Source of the DNA: Octopus sinensis
Taxonomy: Eukaryota
Assembly (NCBI RefSeq): GCF_006345805.1
Contig: NC_043002.1
Location: 117,924,001 to 117,988,000, forward strand
DNA: 64,000 nt
Direction of reading: 5' to 3'
Shown here: piece by piece, positions 49,828 through 64,000 of the stretch
How the letters are laid out: each line of letters starts with the position of its first letter
Position numbering within the stretch: position 1 is the first letter of the stretch
Notes under the pieces: model-generated
The model's input: the letters and a program-made list of their open reading frames with translations, nothing else
What the model was told of the DNA's origin: nothing
Database searches by the model: none
Program-made: the position numbers and the translations under genes

Positions 49828-50699
49828 GCATGTGCCATCAGTAATTACTCAAGGTAGGCAATTGATGATGTTTATGTAGTAAAACATACAAAAAAATAAG
49901 CGAAACACAGCCACACGACTGAGTTGGAGGCAGATTTATTTCTGCCTTTATGGCGCGTAAAGAAAATGTAGGAATGTACACACCATGCGTACTACAGTAA
50001 TTCGATGCATAACTTTAATACTGAGATTGAAAGGCAGGGGCAAATTATGCCTACCTAATCTACAAAAAAATAAAATATTTTGCATTTTATGCTTAGTAAT
50101 ATCAGTGTAACCTTCAAAGTTTTATTGAATTAGGTGCATATTTTGCCATAAAAGGAAAATGTTAATATCAATCTATTTTATTCAGGGTAGGCACTGCCTA
50201 CCTTGCCTACCCAGGCAAGGTATATATATGTATATCATATATTCTTTCCACTTGTTGTGGTTATTCTATCGTTTCTTCCTCCCTAATTGTTTCTTGCTAT
50301 ATCTCTGTCTTTTTCTTTTGTTCTCACCACCATTCAATAATTCTCACTTGTTCTCAACACCACTTATTTCTTTCACCCTATCTTAATCTTTCTTTCTGTC
50401 CCTTTTTCTAATCATGTCTGTTCATACTCTTCTCTCTTTGTTACTCTTTCACACTTCTACCCATCTTCCTTGAACTGTGCAGAGGGAACAAAATTTGTTA
50501 CTCTCATCCTGCCTTCTCTTCTTCTTTCTTCCTTTCATTCATGCTCTTAGCATGTGTAATTTTTCTAGCCTCGACAGAAGACTACCATATATATTTATCA
50601 AATCTTTAAGAATGAAATATCTGATTTTGAAATGAAAGTTTATTTTACTTTATCTCAACAAAAAGCAATGCAATAATCAAAGTATGCACCTAAATTATC

Positions 50700-51390
50700 A
50701 ACACAATTTTGCCATTTTATCAGTAGCTTATTTATGCCAGCAGTGAAGAATTCTGGAGAACAAGAGATGATGAAATCATGAAAGGCTGTTTTGACAACTT
50801 CTTCAGATTTGAAGTTTTTTCCTCACAAAAAGTTGTCAAATGCCTGGAAAACATGATCTGTTGAATATGGAGGATGACAGAGTACTTCCAAGTTTGGTTC
50901 CTGTAACTTGAGTAGCATTCTTTGTGCAATATATGGTCGAGCATCATCTTGCAAAGGAATTGGCCTTTCTCTATTGACCAATATCAGTTGTTTAATTGAA
51001 CGTTCACTCATCATTTCATCCAAATTGGTTGATGTATGCATCCGCTGTTATTGACTTACCAGGTCTCATGAAGCTGTAGTGGGTGACACCATTAGCTTTT
51101 TTTACTTGGTGAATATTCTTTTTTGGATTCTGCTTTGGCACTTCATCTCTATCCAACCACTTTACAGAGCGCTTTGCTATTGTTGAAAAGAATCCATTTT
51201 TCATCACATGTAACAAAACGATGCAAAAATGGTTTGCTTTTATGCCGTGACAGCAAAGAACAGGAAGTTTCAACATGATGTGTCATTTGATGCTCGTTCA
51301 GTTCATTTGGTACCAACTTGTCAAGCTTCTTTACCTTTCTGATTTGTTTCAGATGGTCCAGTACAGTTGGAATTGAAACATCAAACTACA
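50700..51390 (-). mobile_element. Mariner transposase remnant (Hsmar1/cecropia-like), frameshifted
   Basis: KRSVKWLDRDEVPK...GVTHYSFMRPGKSITAD; LVNRERPIPLQDDARPY...LCHPPYS; TIRs not resolved. Confidence 0.85.
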
Positions 51391-51649
51391 CCAATTCTGG
51401 TTTCTATGGCTGAGAAAAAAAGTTCCATATTTAATTGTTTCTTTTTGTTAACTGTTTCTATATTTCCACTTCAATTTTTACCACACACACACACACACAC
51501 GTTTATAGGCTTAGGCATGACTGCATGATTAGAAGTTTGCTTCCTAACTACTGTAAGTCAATCAAAGCCTTGTGAGGTGGGTTTGGTAGATGGAAACTGA
51601 AAGAAGCCTGTTGGGAGTGTGTGTATGTATATATATATATATATGGTAC

Positions 51650-52100
51650 TAGCAATGACTACAACTACAATGCATGGATGCTATTTACGTGGCACCAGCA
51701 CTGACCATGACTACGACGATTCATGGGTACCCTTTACATGAAACTGGCAACAACCACAACTATGACTCATGATTACATGGCACAATCAATGACCATGACT
51801 ATGATTCATGGGTGCCATTTATATGGCACTGTCAAAGACCAGAACAATTCATGGGAGCCATTTACATACTTGTGAATCAAAGTTGTGGCTGTTGCTGGTG
51901 TCACATAAATGGCACCCATGCTGGTGGTACATAAAAGCATCCATTACACTCCTAGAGTGGGTGGCGTTAGGAAAGACATCCAGCCATAGAAACCATGCCA
52001 AATCAGATTGGAACGTGGTGCAGCTCTCTGGCTTATTAGCTCCAGTCAAACCGTCTAACCCATGCCAGTATGGAGAGTGGACATTAAATGATGATGATGA
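51650..52100 (+). mobile_element. Older, diverged RTE 3' UTR fragment
   Basis: Decayed tggcac repeat units and ggcgttaggaaagacatccagcc...(gat)n end. Confidence 0.7.
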
Positions 52101-52128
52101 TATATATATACACACACATGCAAATATG

Positions 52129-52168
<40 letters not shown>

Positions 52169-53961
52169 TGCATGTGTGAGTGTGTGTGTTTGTGTCTGCT
52201 AGTCTTGTAAGATAGCTAACAGCTAACCATGGATACAAGTAATACAATATTACTCAAAAGTTCCACATTTTACTTGGTAGCAAATGTAGTTTGTGTGCAA
52301 AAACAGATTAGCATTGCAGTAGTGATGACAGACTCATGAAACACTGGGTGAATTTTTTAAATAAAGTTCATTAAAATCAATCCATAAGTGTTTATTTATA
52401 TCATTCTAACACAATGTTAAGAATTTAGTGAAAGTATTTAAATGAAAGTGTTTACATTCTGTATTATGTCTTAATATCCTTACTTAGGGAAGGCTGATGC
52501 CAGTGTTTCCATGTTCACAAGTAAATTTTTAAAAAATCATTTCTAAACAATAAAATGCAAAGGTCCATAATATATACAAGAAAAAGCAATGAGCTGATAG
52601 AATCATTAGCAAGTCTGACAAAAAGGCTTAGTGGTATTTCTTCTGGCTCTTTATGTTCTAGGTTCAAATTCTGCTAAAGTTGACTACCTTTCATCATCAT
52701 CTAATGTTCATTTTCCATACTGGCATGGGTTGGATGGTTTAACATTGAGCTGGCCAGCTAGGGAGCTGTCCAGACTCCAGTTGTCTGTTGTGGCATGGTT
52801 TCTATGGCTGAATGCCCTTCCTAATGCCACTTTACAGAATGTGCTGGGTGCTTTGAACACAGCTGATCACCCAGCTTTGATAAAATAAGTACCAGCTGAA
52901 TATTGGGGCTGATGTAATTGACTTATCCTCCCTTAAAATTGCTAGCCAGCTGCCAAAATTTGAAACCATATTATACACAAGAGATGTTATAAGCAGAATT
53001 TCACATCCCCAAATTAGTGGTACACATTATACACAAGTATGTACTAAACACAAATACATATGCTAATTAGCAAGATTACTGTTTTCACCTATTTCAGACT
53101 GCTGTAGAGAATGTTGTTTAGCCCTGACTGAGCAAACCTATGATTAAAAGCACTCCAATCACAACAATTCCACCTTTTCTTTAAGAATAGTATGTCTAGG
53201 ACTACGTTATCCAATGTGCCCTTTCTTATTTTAAAAGATAGAAGTTTCATGTTTTAAAAGTTTATATTGAAAGCATAGTTGATCAACTGTTTTTAGAATT
53301 TTTATCTAATGGATCACTGAACAATATTAAATCCTTTATTTACCTCAGTTTTTAATACTTTCGACACTAATAAGTGATTTCTTTCAAATTTCATGAACTT
53401 TCCCCATTATGATACTATGAAAATGTTTTTCAGTTTTTAAGCAGATGTTTTCCTGATTCTAAAAATATGTACTGGAAATACTTTATAAAAACATAAAAAT
53501 GATGTATTATAAATCAAGGACAGATGACAATTTAAAATTTAAAAGTGAAATACAAAAATTGGAACAGCTAAATTACAATATATGGAATCTATACATTTTT
53601 ATAATCATTTTACATCTCTTGTACTGAGGGACATTTCCTTTATGAGTTGTTGATTGGAAGTCTAAATGATTTTGACACTTTCAAATAGTACTGTTCCTGC
53701 AACTGTGTTGGGCAGTGTCAATGCTACCAAGAAAGTCCAGGTTCTTTCTTTTGGCCTATATTATCACCAATTTAAATTTAGCTGAGATAGGTAAAAATGA
53801 ATAAAATTTCTGAAACCACCATAACTTGACCATAAAACAGTTAACAAAAACAAACTGGTACAGGTCAGAGTCTTAATAAAAAGGCAAGGTTCTTAATTAC
53901 ACTTAAATTTATGACTTAAAATCCACTCTGATATATTTAACACATATTAAATGAACAAATA

Positions 53962-54154
53962 GGTGCAGGAGTGGCTGTGTGGTAAGTAGCTTGCTTACCA
54001 ACCACATGGTTCCGAGTTCATTCCCACTGCGTGGCACCTTGGGCAAGTGTCTCCAACTTCAGGCTGACCAACTTCAGGCTGACCAACTTCAGGCTGACCA
54101 AAGCTTTGTGAGTGGATTTGGTGGATGGAAACTGAAAGAAGTCCATCGTATGTA

Positions 54155-54190
<36 letters not shown>

Positions 54191-54376
54191 TGACCCCCAA
54201 CATCGCTTGACAACCAATGCTGGTGTGTTTATGTCCCCGTCACTTAGCAGTTTGGCAAACGAGACCTATAGAATAAGTACTAGGCTTACAAAGAATAAGT
54301 CCTGGGGTCGATTTCTTCAACTAAAGGCGATGCTCCAGCATAGCCACAGTCAAATGACTGAAACAATTAAAGAGTA
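53962..54376 (+). mobile_element. Full-length tRNA/CORE-type SINE with an internal 15-bp triplication and (TG)n
   Basis: Head ggagtggctgtgtggtaag...ggttccgagttcattccc; caccttgggcaagtgtc core; ccaacttcaggctga x3 at 54053-54097. Confidence 0.88.
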
Positions 54377-55316
54377 ATTATATATTATAATTTTGAGTCA
54401 CTTTAATATAATTAATATTCTTCAACAATTTATTATTATTATTATTATTATTATTATAGCCTTTTGGAAAACTTAAATAGATATTTAGTTATCTATGTTA
54501 TTAATAACTCTGACATATTTATATTTTACTATGTTATTAACTGTAAATTGTGAGGAAATATATATTTTAAAAGGCTTGATATAAATGGAGAAGTTACTGT
54601 GGAATTCATTGTTTTTGATGTTGGTGGACTACATGTAAAGAATAGAATGTCATATTTAATGAGGAAATGAAACAGTTGAATACAAGGACAATTAAGTAGA
54701 GATGACACACAACTAATAAGTTCTGAAGAATTGAGTCCATTATAGAAGTGGTAAAAGAGAAAGGATATAAAGGGTCAGGAATTGAAGAGATTTACTAATT
54801 TACTCATCTTAGAGGAATAAAAAACAACTGGTGTAAGCAAGATTTGAATCACAGAACTGTCCGTAATAACAACCCAAGAGATTTTACTTCTCTGCCAACT
54901 GAACCATGAATAATATAATTCAATATTTCAAATGTAATAATTGTGTTCTAATAGAATTATATAGAATCAAGTCATTCATTCAAAAGGTTATAATTATGAA
55001 ATGAAAAAAGATTTCTAAAAGTCTTTTTAATCTTTCCCAGGTAATGTATATCTACGACTAATAATTATGCAATGCAAATGACTCTGTACACCTTTAATTG
55101 CAGTGTGAAAATGGTTTATTTTTAATTTCTATGAATTACTAGCTGTTACATTATTACTATTAATTACTAGTGGTTATTTCAAATGTGGGAATCAGAAGAA
55201 ATTGCCTGAAACAACTTAAAACCATTAACTTCCATAAATATTAAAGTAACTATAAATTTTAAACAGGTGCAGAAGAAAGAACAAATAATTCTAGGGTAGT
55301 AATATTAACACCAGTA

Positions 55317-56548
55317 TGAGGGTTAGCTGAAAAGTTCAAGGGGTAACCAAGATAATCTCATGAAATGTGATCAAATGAGGTTTATTTTTCAACACAGTTC
55401 TTCTTGCGGTCCACACACTTCTTCCAGTGGTATTGCAGTGTTTGGATTCCATTGGTGAAGAAGCTTTTGTACTGTTGGTCAAAAAAAGTCACTAACAGCA
55501 GATATGATGCCATTACTACTGTGACACTGGTTCCTAGCTAAGTGTTTTTTAATGTTGGGGAACAGATGATAGTCAGAAGGGACCAAATCAGGAGAATAAG
55601 GAGGGTGATCAACCAGTCCAATTCCACAGTCATGCACAGTAGCCACTGAAACCAACACTTGTGTGCTGGAGCATTGTCCATGATGAAACAAGACACCTTT
55701 CATCAGTTTTCTTGGGCGTTTGGTCTTAATAACTTTTTGTAACTGCTTCAGCAAGTTGATATCGTATTCTCTCTTGATGGTGTGGCCCTTTTGAAGACAG
55801 TCAATACACACAATGCTTTTTTCATCCCCCAAAACGGAGACCATTACCTTTTTTTGCAGATGAAATGACACTGGCCTTCTTTGAGGAGTGTTTCCACTGC
55901 ATAGATTGTCTTTTCTCTGGCTCAAAGTGACGAACCCAACACTAATCCTGCATTATAAGACATTCAAGGAAACCAGCTGGATCTGCCTCAAACAATGTCA
56001 GATTTTCCTGTGATGTGATCAGCCTGCTGTGCTTTTGATTAGGTGTCAGAAGACATGGCACTCATTGAGCAGAATCCCTTGTCATTCTAAGCTCATGGGA
56101 TATTCTAATAGCATTGGCTATTTGATTTATAGTCAACTGCCTGTCATCCATCACCATGTAGTGAACACAATCAGTGTTTTTCTCAGTGGTGGCAGTTGCA
56201 GGATGTCCAGATCTGGGGTCATCTTGAAGATTCTCACTTCCCTTTCTAAATTCAGTGGCCCATGTTTGCACTATTGACAAAACTGGAGCATCATCTCCTA
56301 ATGTAGCAACCATAAATGTCATTGGAGGTTAAACCCTTTTTCTGCAGGTACACAACATGATGTTAAATTTTGTCCATTTTCAAGAGAAGTAGCTACCAGT
56401 TACTTTTGAAGTCTTCTTTGAACAGTCAGATGTCAGTTTACCTAGAAAGAAAGGCAGCAGTTGATTATAAGAAGAGCTGAAATTAATGCACAGCTCTAAG
56501 CAATACTCCTTCACAATCAGCCTATGAACATTTCAGTCCACCATTTAT
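55317..56548 (-). mobile_element. Near full-length degenerate mariner (irritans/Himar-like)
   Basis: HTH TLGDDAP...WATEFRKG...DDPRSGHP; catalytic KVMVSVLGD...HPPYSPDLVPSDYHLFPNIKK; TA + tgagggttagctgaaaagttca matching tgaacatttcagtccacc at the other end. Confidence 0.88.
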
Positions 56549-57199
56549 TAAGCAGCTAATTCCAAAGTGACTGTGACTGTTACTATGCCTGAAGCGGTAC
56601 AAGAGGAGCATCAAATGGTTCTAAATTTTGATGCTAATGTTTGTTTTTGCTCTGACACCCTGGCAAGACTAAAGAGAATTGAATGAAGAAGAGGAAGTAA
56701 TGAAAGAGAAACAGAGCAAAATGGTGATATAAGAGAATAATAAAAAGAACTAAAATGATAGGTGTGACGATGGAGGAGGTAGAGGAGAGGGAGAGAAAGA
56801 TGGTTATTTATGGTGATTGAATAGACACAACTAGAAAGGAGGAGAGAGATTGAAGTGTAAATATTAAACTCATCAATGTGTGTTTGACACAGATTTGCTA
56901 AGGTAGCATGTAAGGGTGGTGAGAGTGAGAAAGAGCTGGATGCTGATAATTAACGGTACAGAAGGGAGAGAGTGACAGGCAGTAATAATGATGTGTAATG
57001 GTATGAGAGAAAAGGGAGGAGGTAATGTGTGAGAAAGAGAGGAAAGGGAGAGCGGGCATAAAACAAAGATGGTTGATGGCACATAAACTTCATGTGGACA
57101 TGGCATACAGGCAAAATCCAAATATAGATATTTTACAACTCAACCTCAAACGTCACCAACATAATCACTTTTACATCTGCATTTCCATACATCTGTGGG

Positions 57200-57545
57200 T
57201 TGGGCAGGTTTTCTCCAGCGCAGCATTTCATCATGTGTTACATTTCTTTGTCATATCCTTTGTGAAGTTCAGTTTTTGAGATCAGTCTTTATACTTCCTC
57301 CCAGGTCTTCCTCAGTCATCTTCTTCCACAAGTTCCCTCTAGTTGGAGTACCCAGCATTTACTTTTCTATACAACAAACATCTGCCTCCTGACCGTATGC
57401 ACTGGAACCTTCTCACCACATTTCTTTCCAGCCTTTGCATATCTTCTGCATTCAAGACCCATGTCACACTATCATACAATATCACACTTTGTACACAAGC
57501 ATCATATAATATGTGCTTTAAGTCTGAAAGAGAAACCCTTTGTTA
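57200..57545 (-). mobile_element. RTE ORF2 C-terminal fragment
   Basis: KGFSFRLK...YDACVQSVILYDSVTWVLNAEDMQRLER, homologous to ORF 22113..22541. Confidence 0.75.
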
Positions 57546-58999
57546 TTAACTACTTCTAAGAAGCCTTTCAAGCATTTAAAAGAATTCATTTCACTTATAA
57601 ATCTTACAGCTCACAATTCCTGTAGACCAGCAATAAATGAAGCTTATCTTTGCTGTTAGCCTGCTTTTGATCCCATTACACCACTTGTGCATCTATTGTT
57701 TACATTATCACAAAGCACTGGCAAAGAAGCAAGATTTAGAATGATCAATATTATCTGAAACTGTTGCTAAAAGCAGAAGAATGATGATAGTGATTAAAGT
57801 GATAGTAAAAAATATCTTAAAATATTTAGTTTTGTTTCCAGTTGAAATCTGTTGAAGTTGACTTGATAAAATAACACCAATGGGGTCAAGTTAATTGACT
57901 GTAGCCTTCTCTGCAAATTGGCATATCAGTTTTCAACATAAGACAAAACAAGAGAATTGAAGATCAATGAATATATATTCTTTTTCTTATTCCGAGAGAT
58001 TGTAACCTAGAAGTTTTAGGGCAAATGACTCAGCACTTCTCTTTTGTCTGATATAAATCAAATGTTCTAATTACAGGCATAAATTATGTGCCATTTGATC
58101 TTAATCTAAGATCTAAGTAGCAGACACTATAAATTTGGTACTATAAAACTCTAGGTCCTTTTTCTCTTAGAAAGCTACTACCCAATTTAAGAGAAAAATA
58201 ATATTCAAACACAGATGTTAAAAATAACAATACTTCAGAATTAGTTACTAATATTTGCCGTGGAGAAATTATACAAAAAGTTTTCATGCAACTATACCTC
58301 AGTTGTTCATTTTTACCTTTGTTTTTCCATGCAAACAGTGATTTTCAGCGATGTGTGAATGTAAATAAACACAAACACATACACACACATATAAATGTGT
58401 GTGTATGTGTATAATGGGCTTCTTTCAGTTTCTGTCTACTAAATATCAAACCAACTCACAAGAATTTGGCCAGTCTAGGGCTAGAGTAGAAAGTACTTGC
58501 CCGAAGTGATGATTTTAATGTGGTCAAGGTTAAAGTAATTTTGAAATAAGATAGACAATAAATCTAAAATGTACTCTATTTCTTTTTCTAAGTTACTTAT
58601 AGGATAAATATAGCTGGACTTATGGGTAGCAAGTTAACAATTGCAACAGCCCAGTTCGTATGATCAAGTTTTAATTTCAATTTAAATAAAGCCGATCATA
58701 TCTATTTGTGTACATACTCTGTTATTTTAAGTAAAATTACAACTTTGCAGATTTGTGAAAAGTAATTACTGTCATAGTATAAATTGAAAATAATAATTAA
58801 TTTATAATTAAATGCTCAGAATTTCAAGCCTCTAATCTTCTTACAATATATTACTGCTTTAAAGGACGTCAATATCAATATCGTTTTTACATCTGCTTTT
58901 CTGGATGATATGTATGGTCAGAAGGATACAGAGACCTATAACATTGAAAATAACTTGGAGTTTCCACAACACAACCTTTTGAAAGTGACAGAATCAGGT

Positions 59000-60950
59000 C
59001 CGGTTAGAACAATGTTCCAGCCACAGGAAAAGTAATGTGGTGGAATAGTACTGGAGATAGAACCATAAATGTCCAGAAAGAGTGGAAAAAAAGGTAGCAG
59101 CAAAGAATAGTGTCACGTGGCTAGAAGAGAAGCTAGGCACTAAGACCAGAAAGCTGGAGGTTTGCCAATGTTCAATGACAAGAAGATCAGAAGTACAAGG
59201 TGTTCTGGATTGCAAAGCATTGAGTCAGGATAAATCAGGAACCTATCAGTGGAAATGCGTTTGAAATGACAGTAATGGTGCCGAAGCCTTCACTGATGTT
59301 GAAGAGAAAGAGGTTTGGAAATGTTATGAAGAGCAACTGCTTAGTATTGAAAATGGGTAGGAAGAAGAGAAACCACCGAAAGCATAACCAACAAATGGAC
59401 CAGCTGCTAAAGTGGACAGTTGTATGAATAAAATGATTATTAAAGATATATGGAGAAAACAGCAGATCCATCAGGTATAGTTGCCGAGATGCTGAAAATA
59501 TCTGATGAAACAGGATTCAAGACAATTGCTTACATAGTCAAATAAGTAATATAGAGAAGTGTTATAAGCAATGACTGGCATAGTAAAATAATTAACAGTA
59601 GCTAGACAGATATTGGAGACACTCAAGAAATAAGCAACTATGGAACTTTCAAACTGATAGATCTAGTTGTGAAAGTAACAGGAGTATTAGCACAATTGAT
59701 TATAGAATCAATTTAAATGAGATATAGTTCAGATTACTACTGATATGCTTTTCCAAGTAAGACAGTTGCAAAATGTTTTAAGAGTGAGCTTCTCTACCAA
59801 GCATTTGTTGATCTGAAGAAGACATTGACAGGGTACCATGATCTGTAGTCTGGTAGCTTTTAAGAGAAATAGGTATAGATAAATGGCTTGTGAGAGCAGT
59901 GCAAATCATATAGAGACACAATCAACAAAAAAGAGAGTTGGCAAGGAATTGAATGAGGAATTTAGCATGCAGGTAGGTTTTCATTCTTCTATTATAATTC
60001 TCCAAGATATAATAAAGACATTCAATACTAGTAGTTCACAAGAACTTTTTTATATGCTGATGACAGTCTTTATAGTAAAGTCTGTAGAAGACTCAAAGAA
60101 GAAATTCCAGATGTGTAAAGAAAACATTGAATCAAAACAGCTTAGAAAAATCTTGGCGATGACTAAAATTTTAGCAAGTAGGGAAGAAGATTGCTGCCAT
60201 CAAGGGAATGACTTCTTTGTTTTATTGATATATAGAAAATGCATAGGCAAGAACTCTGTATAGTGTACCTGGTGCAAACTATGGGTGCAAGTGGTATAGT
60301 TCAATCACAAGCAGGCTGCTAGTCAATAAAAATAATCAGCAGTCAGAGCACCAATAAAAGGCTCCATAGAAGTAGCTGAGATACTGTTACCTAATCAGCT
60401 GTGGAGGAGGGTGCTCTGAAAGCATAGGAGCCAGACAGAATTAGAACAAAGTGGAAAAAGTCCATGGAACTATTTCCCTGCTGGCAAACAAGGAGATTCT
60501 CTCTTTGAGTTAAGGGTAGGCTGCACATTGCTAGTGATTGAAATGCGATGGTACATGGTAGTGAATGTGAGCACTGAATGGAAAGTGTTAGTGAAAGTTA
60601 AAGAGAACTGAAACAAGCATGTTCTGTTGAATGAATAATGAATGATGTAGCACAGATAAACTGAGAGAAAAATTGGGATATAAGATGAATCAAGATGTAG
60701 TGTGCAAGATGACTATGATGGTATAGACATAAAATGTGTGCAGATGATGACAGTTTGGTAAAGTATCAGGAGGTGCAAATGGAAGAAAATTGCTGAAGAG
60801 GAAGTTTAGGGAAGTCATAGGCAGAAATGGTAAAAACAAAGTTCAGAATGCTGAATATGACAGGAGATAACAAAGGAATGCAACAAGTGGTGAGACACTG
60901 TGTTGGAAAGGATCTTCTCGACCCATGAAAGCATGGAAAAGCAGGTGTAA
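59000..60950 (+). mobile_element. Degenerate RTE LINE ORF2 (RT core to 3' end)
   Basis: ADPSGIVAEMLK; AFVDLKK; WLVRAVQIM; later segments homologous to the 22 kb element; many stops. Confidence 0.82.
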
Positions 60951-61094
60951 ATGATAATTCAAACCCTTTTAATCACCTCTTATGACACACGGGAATACAG
61001 TGTTCATAAAGATTAAATTTTGCAATAAGTTTCCAGTTTAAATTGTATTATATTGAACAGAAACAAATGAACAAAATGACTGGAATTGATTTAA

Positions 61095-61267
61095 TCCTTT
61101 AGCATTTAAACTGGCCCAAATATTCTAATCTGTTTTATGTTCAAACCTCCCACACCTTTCCTACAATATTCTAAAATAAACAACTGCATCATTAAAATTT
61201 TAAAGCTATGAGATAATGTATGATTAATTCAAAACATTACATTTGGCAGAATATGCATACTAAAGAG
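61095..61267. mobile_element. TTAA-flanked MITE (diverged piggyBac type)
   Basis: TTAA|TCCTTTAGCAT...ATACTAAAGAG|TTAA. Confidence 0.5.
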
Positions 61268-64000
61268 TTAAATGATGATGATGATAAAGTGGATAGCTCT
61301 TACTTTATTTACCAATAAGAGTAGCTTTAAGATGTGTAATATATTAAAAGCATGTGCTGTTTCATATTTAGTAAATGACAGTATCTAAAATAGTCCAAAA
61401 TTACAAAATGGCTGTTCATGGTACGTTCAAAATTTGGAACCTTAATTTTCAATGTATCTTTGCCATGAATACTACTAATGGTGCTAGATAAAGATTGAAA
61501 TCATTCATTGGAAAATTATAAAAGATTAACAAAGTAAAAGGTAACTAAAGTGTTGAAATTTTGCAGTTCAAGAAACCAAAGTACTATAATTTTGTTCTTC
61601 TAGACGAATTCTTCATTAGGTCTATACATGGAGCTAATGTAAGTAGACATGCAGTGAACATGCTCTTTTCAGAATGAATCCTAGCAATAACACAATCATA
61701 ATTTGCATTGTAATTTTTAAACTCTGTAAAGTGTTTTTAAATGATACTGAAAAGAAAAACATAAAAGAATTGCAATGGACAATTTAGAAAATGAAACAAT
61801 TGATAATAATTTTGATATACTCAAGGTTAATGAATTTTGAAATGCTTCAAAGATTTGCATCAGAGACTTTCTCATGCAACAATTAGACCAGTAAAACTAT
61901 GTACTAAAATATTTATACTGAAAACCAAATAGTTATTAATTTCATTTTTTATTAAACCAAAATACTCAAGAGGTTAGGTTTAGAAAATCCACATAAAATA
62001 TTGGCTTCAAATTTTGGCACAAAGCCAGAAATTTTGGGGATGGGTTAAGTTGATTTCATCAACCTCAGTGTTTAACTATTAATGCATTAATTACAATACT
62101 AAATTAAACAATATTAAAAATCATTATATCTCAGATTACAAGAAAAACATAGGTGATAATCAAATATGTATTTTAAGCAACAAAATTTTTTATGACTCTC
62201 AGCACTTCCACATGATCAAATATTCCATCAATTATTCCTTATTCTTATTATGAATCTTTAGCTTATTAGTCTAAAATTTGATTTACTAAATGACCCAGGA
62301 TTTTAATAGTAACTATATAGTGTGTTAACATCATTGAGAAGTATATCTGTGTCCACAGCACATAGATCTATACAGCTGAACTCGTTGCAAAAAAATAAAA
62401 ATGGTTTAAGCATCATCTCATAGTCTAAAACTGACATATTCACAGAATTAATCAATTTGTATCTTATGAAGCTGGAAGGCAACCGTAGAGAATATTTCCC
62501 CAAAATTTCACTAACAATTGAAAGGAACTCTCATTAATTAAAATCAATTGTTTTTTCATCTCTAAATTTCTCAGTCACATTAGTCCAGAACAAGGGAGTT
62601 GGCTGGCTAAAGTGTGTGGCAGAGAGAGACTTCAACCAAGACAAAGTTAAGGAATATAATCTCGTTCTAGCCTGGCGGTAGACACTGGGACACCAGAAGC
62701 ATTAAATAAAAATGAAAAAGAAGCCCATGGTTGGGGCTCGGACTCCGCCGTGAAATCAATTCTACATTATTTATATATTATAAAATATAATTAGCTTGTA
62801 TGCCATGAAGGAAGGCAGGACACTTTGAAACAAATAAGATAAAATAAACTGTATGTAGGAAGAGGACTATATTACTGGTCTTTGGAACGATAGAAATAGA
62901 AGAGTGCATAGACTGAGCGAGAAAGGCCGAGCTGTCTCTTTCTGGGTATTCTCATTTCGAAATAGATATAGAACAGGGAGGGGCAGCTTTAGTCGGTGAT
63001 GTCATAGCTGTAATTTTATTTTTCTGTCATTTAATAAATATATTGGAGTGAATGATATAATGCTGTTTGGCCATCTGAACGTTTATTGACCGCCTTCTTA
63101 AAAACAGAGGGCAGTGGATATGTCAAGGGTGGGGACCCTCAGTTTCAATAGTAGATTGTAATTGTTTTGCTTGCGCAATAAATATTAATATTCTATTACT
63201 TTGAATTTTACTATTTATTTTAATACCTCAAACAAAAAACAAATAAATGTGAAATATGATTTTTCATAACATCAAATTTATGGGATTATTTTATTATTTT
63301 GAATTATTAATATTTTGCTGCTTACTTTTTTGTAAATCATGTTATTTTTAGATAAATAAAACATGTTTTCAGGAAAGAAAACTATTACTAAATATATTGT
63401 TAATCATTATGAATGAAAAAAATTAAGACGATTTATTAGATCTGCTAAGTGTTCTCGGCGATGTATTCAAACGAAAATAGTATTGTAGCTTAAAAAACTG
63501 TCAAAGAATATGTTTATGGCAATACAATAATTTGAAGTTAAATGTTCTGCTTTAGATTAAGAATTGTGATAAATAACCCAAACCATTTTAATCATACTTA
63601 AAATACCAATACAAAAGAGATCACCCGTACTTCTTTTCTTGGCAGTTAAGTGTATGAGAATATCTTAAAATGCACATTCATTCACAATGGAAATCATATG
63701 TTAAGTAAGGGTGTAACGATATGGTTTGCCATTGAGTCATAATAATCCCGGAGATCGAGCAAAAGAAACTATATCTGTTTTCTACATTACACACTAGCAT
63801 TTATTATGAGTTAATAATTTAGTAAACAACCGAACACTGAAAATTAGTATTGAAAATCAATCTTATTTTAATCTATGCTCACCTAAAACAATCACACTCA
63901 CAGCTATTAATGTATGTTCACAGGACAGTCAGTGCTGTACTAACAGAATTTTGTTTCATTCCTACAAATGATATTATGCATTGAAAACAATCGGCAACCC

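Noticed and set aside
54053-54101. QLQAD x3 peptide repeat in ORF 53979..54377
   Set aside because: A 15-bp slippage triplication inside a SINE, not a protein.
57608-57693. Exon-like open segment on the minus strand (MHKWCNGIKS...)
   Set aside because: Weak acceptor and no similarity to the FEZ N-terminus.

Overview
AT-rich eukaryotic genomic DNA, most likely a coleoid cephalopod such as Octopus. This is inferred from the SINE and RTE families and the dense (TA)n/(CA)n/(CAT)n microsatellites, not from a database search. Two convergent protein-coding genes are present. (1) + strand: an SRSF4/5/6 (SRp55/B52-type) splicing factor with 7 coding exons, 3035-8351, 305 aa (RRM1-RRM2-RS). It has a possible 8-aa N-terminal extension exon and, in the intron that splits RRM2 at SWQ|DLKD, a strong candidate poison exon and alternative 3' splice sites. 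(2) - strand: the 3' part of a FEZ/UNC-76 gene, with five clear exons at 47661-47769, 31224-31471, 28898-28973, 24558-24623 and 16053-16069 (ending VLCPT*) plus one candidate 32-nt exon. Its introns are packed with RTE, CR1-like and HERO-like LINE remnants, tRNA-derived SINEs, TTAA/piggyBac-type MITEs, two mariner remnants and a 5'-truncated Penelope-like element (RT + GIY-YIG). The most notable non-coding signals are: a hammerhead ribozyme in the Penelope-like terminal repeat, sense to the FEZ pre-mRNA, with an inverted and catalytically mutated twin 3.6 kb away; a 132-bp near-perfect fold-back hairpin; three MITE copies in alternating orientation beside the penultimate FEZ exon; and a 16-bp palindrome covering the FEZ UAG stop. 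All coordinates were read by eye and repeat boundaries are approximate. Most ORFs in the supplied track are microsatellite or antisense artefacts.
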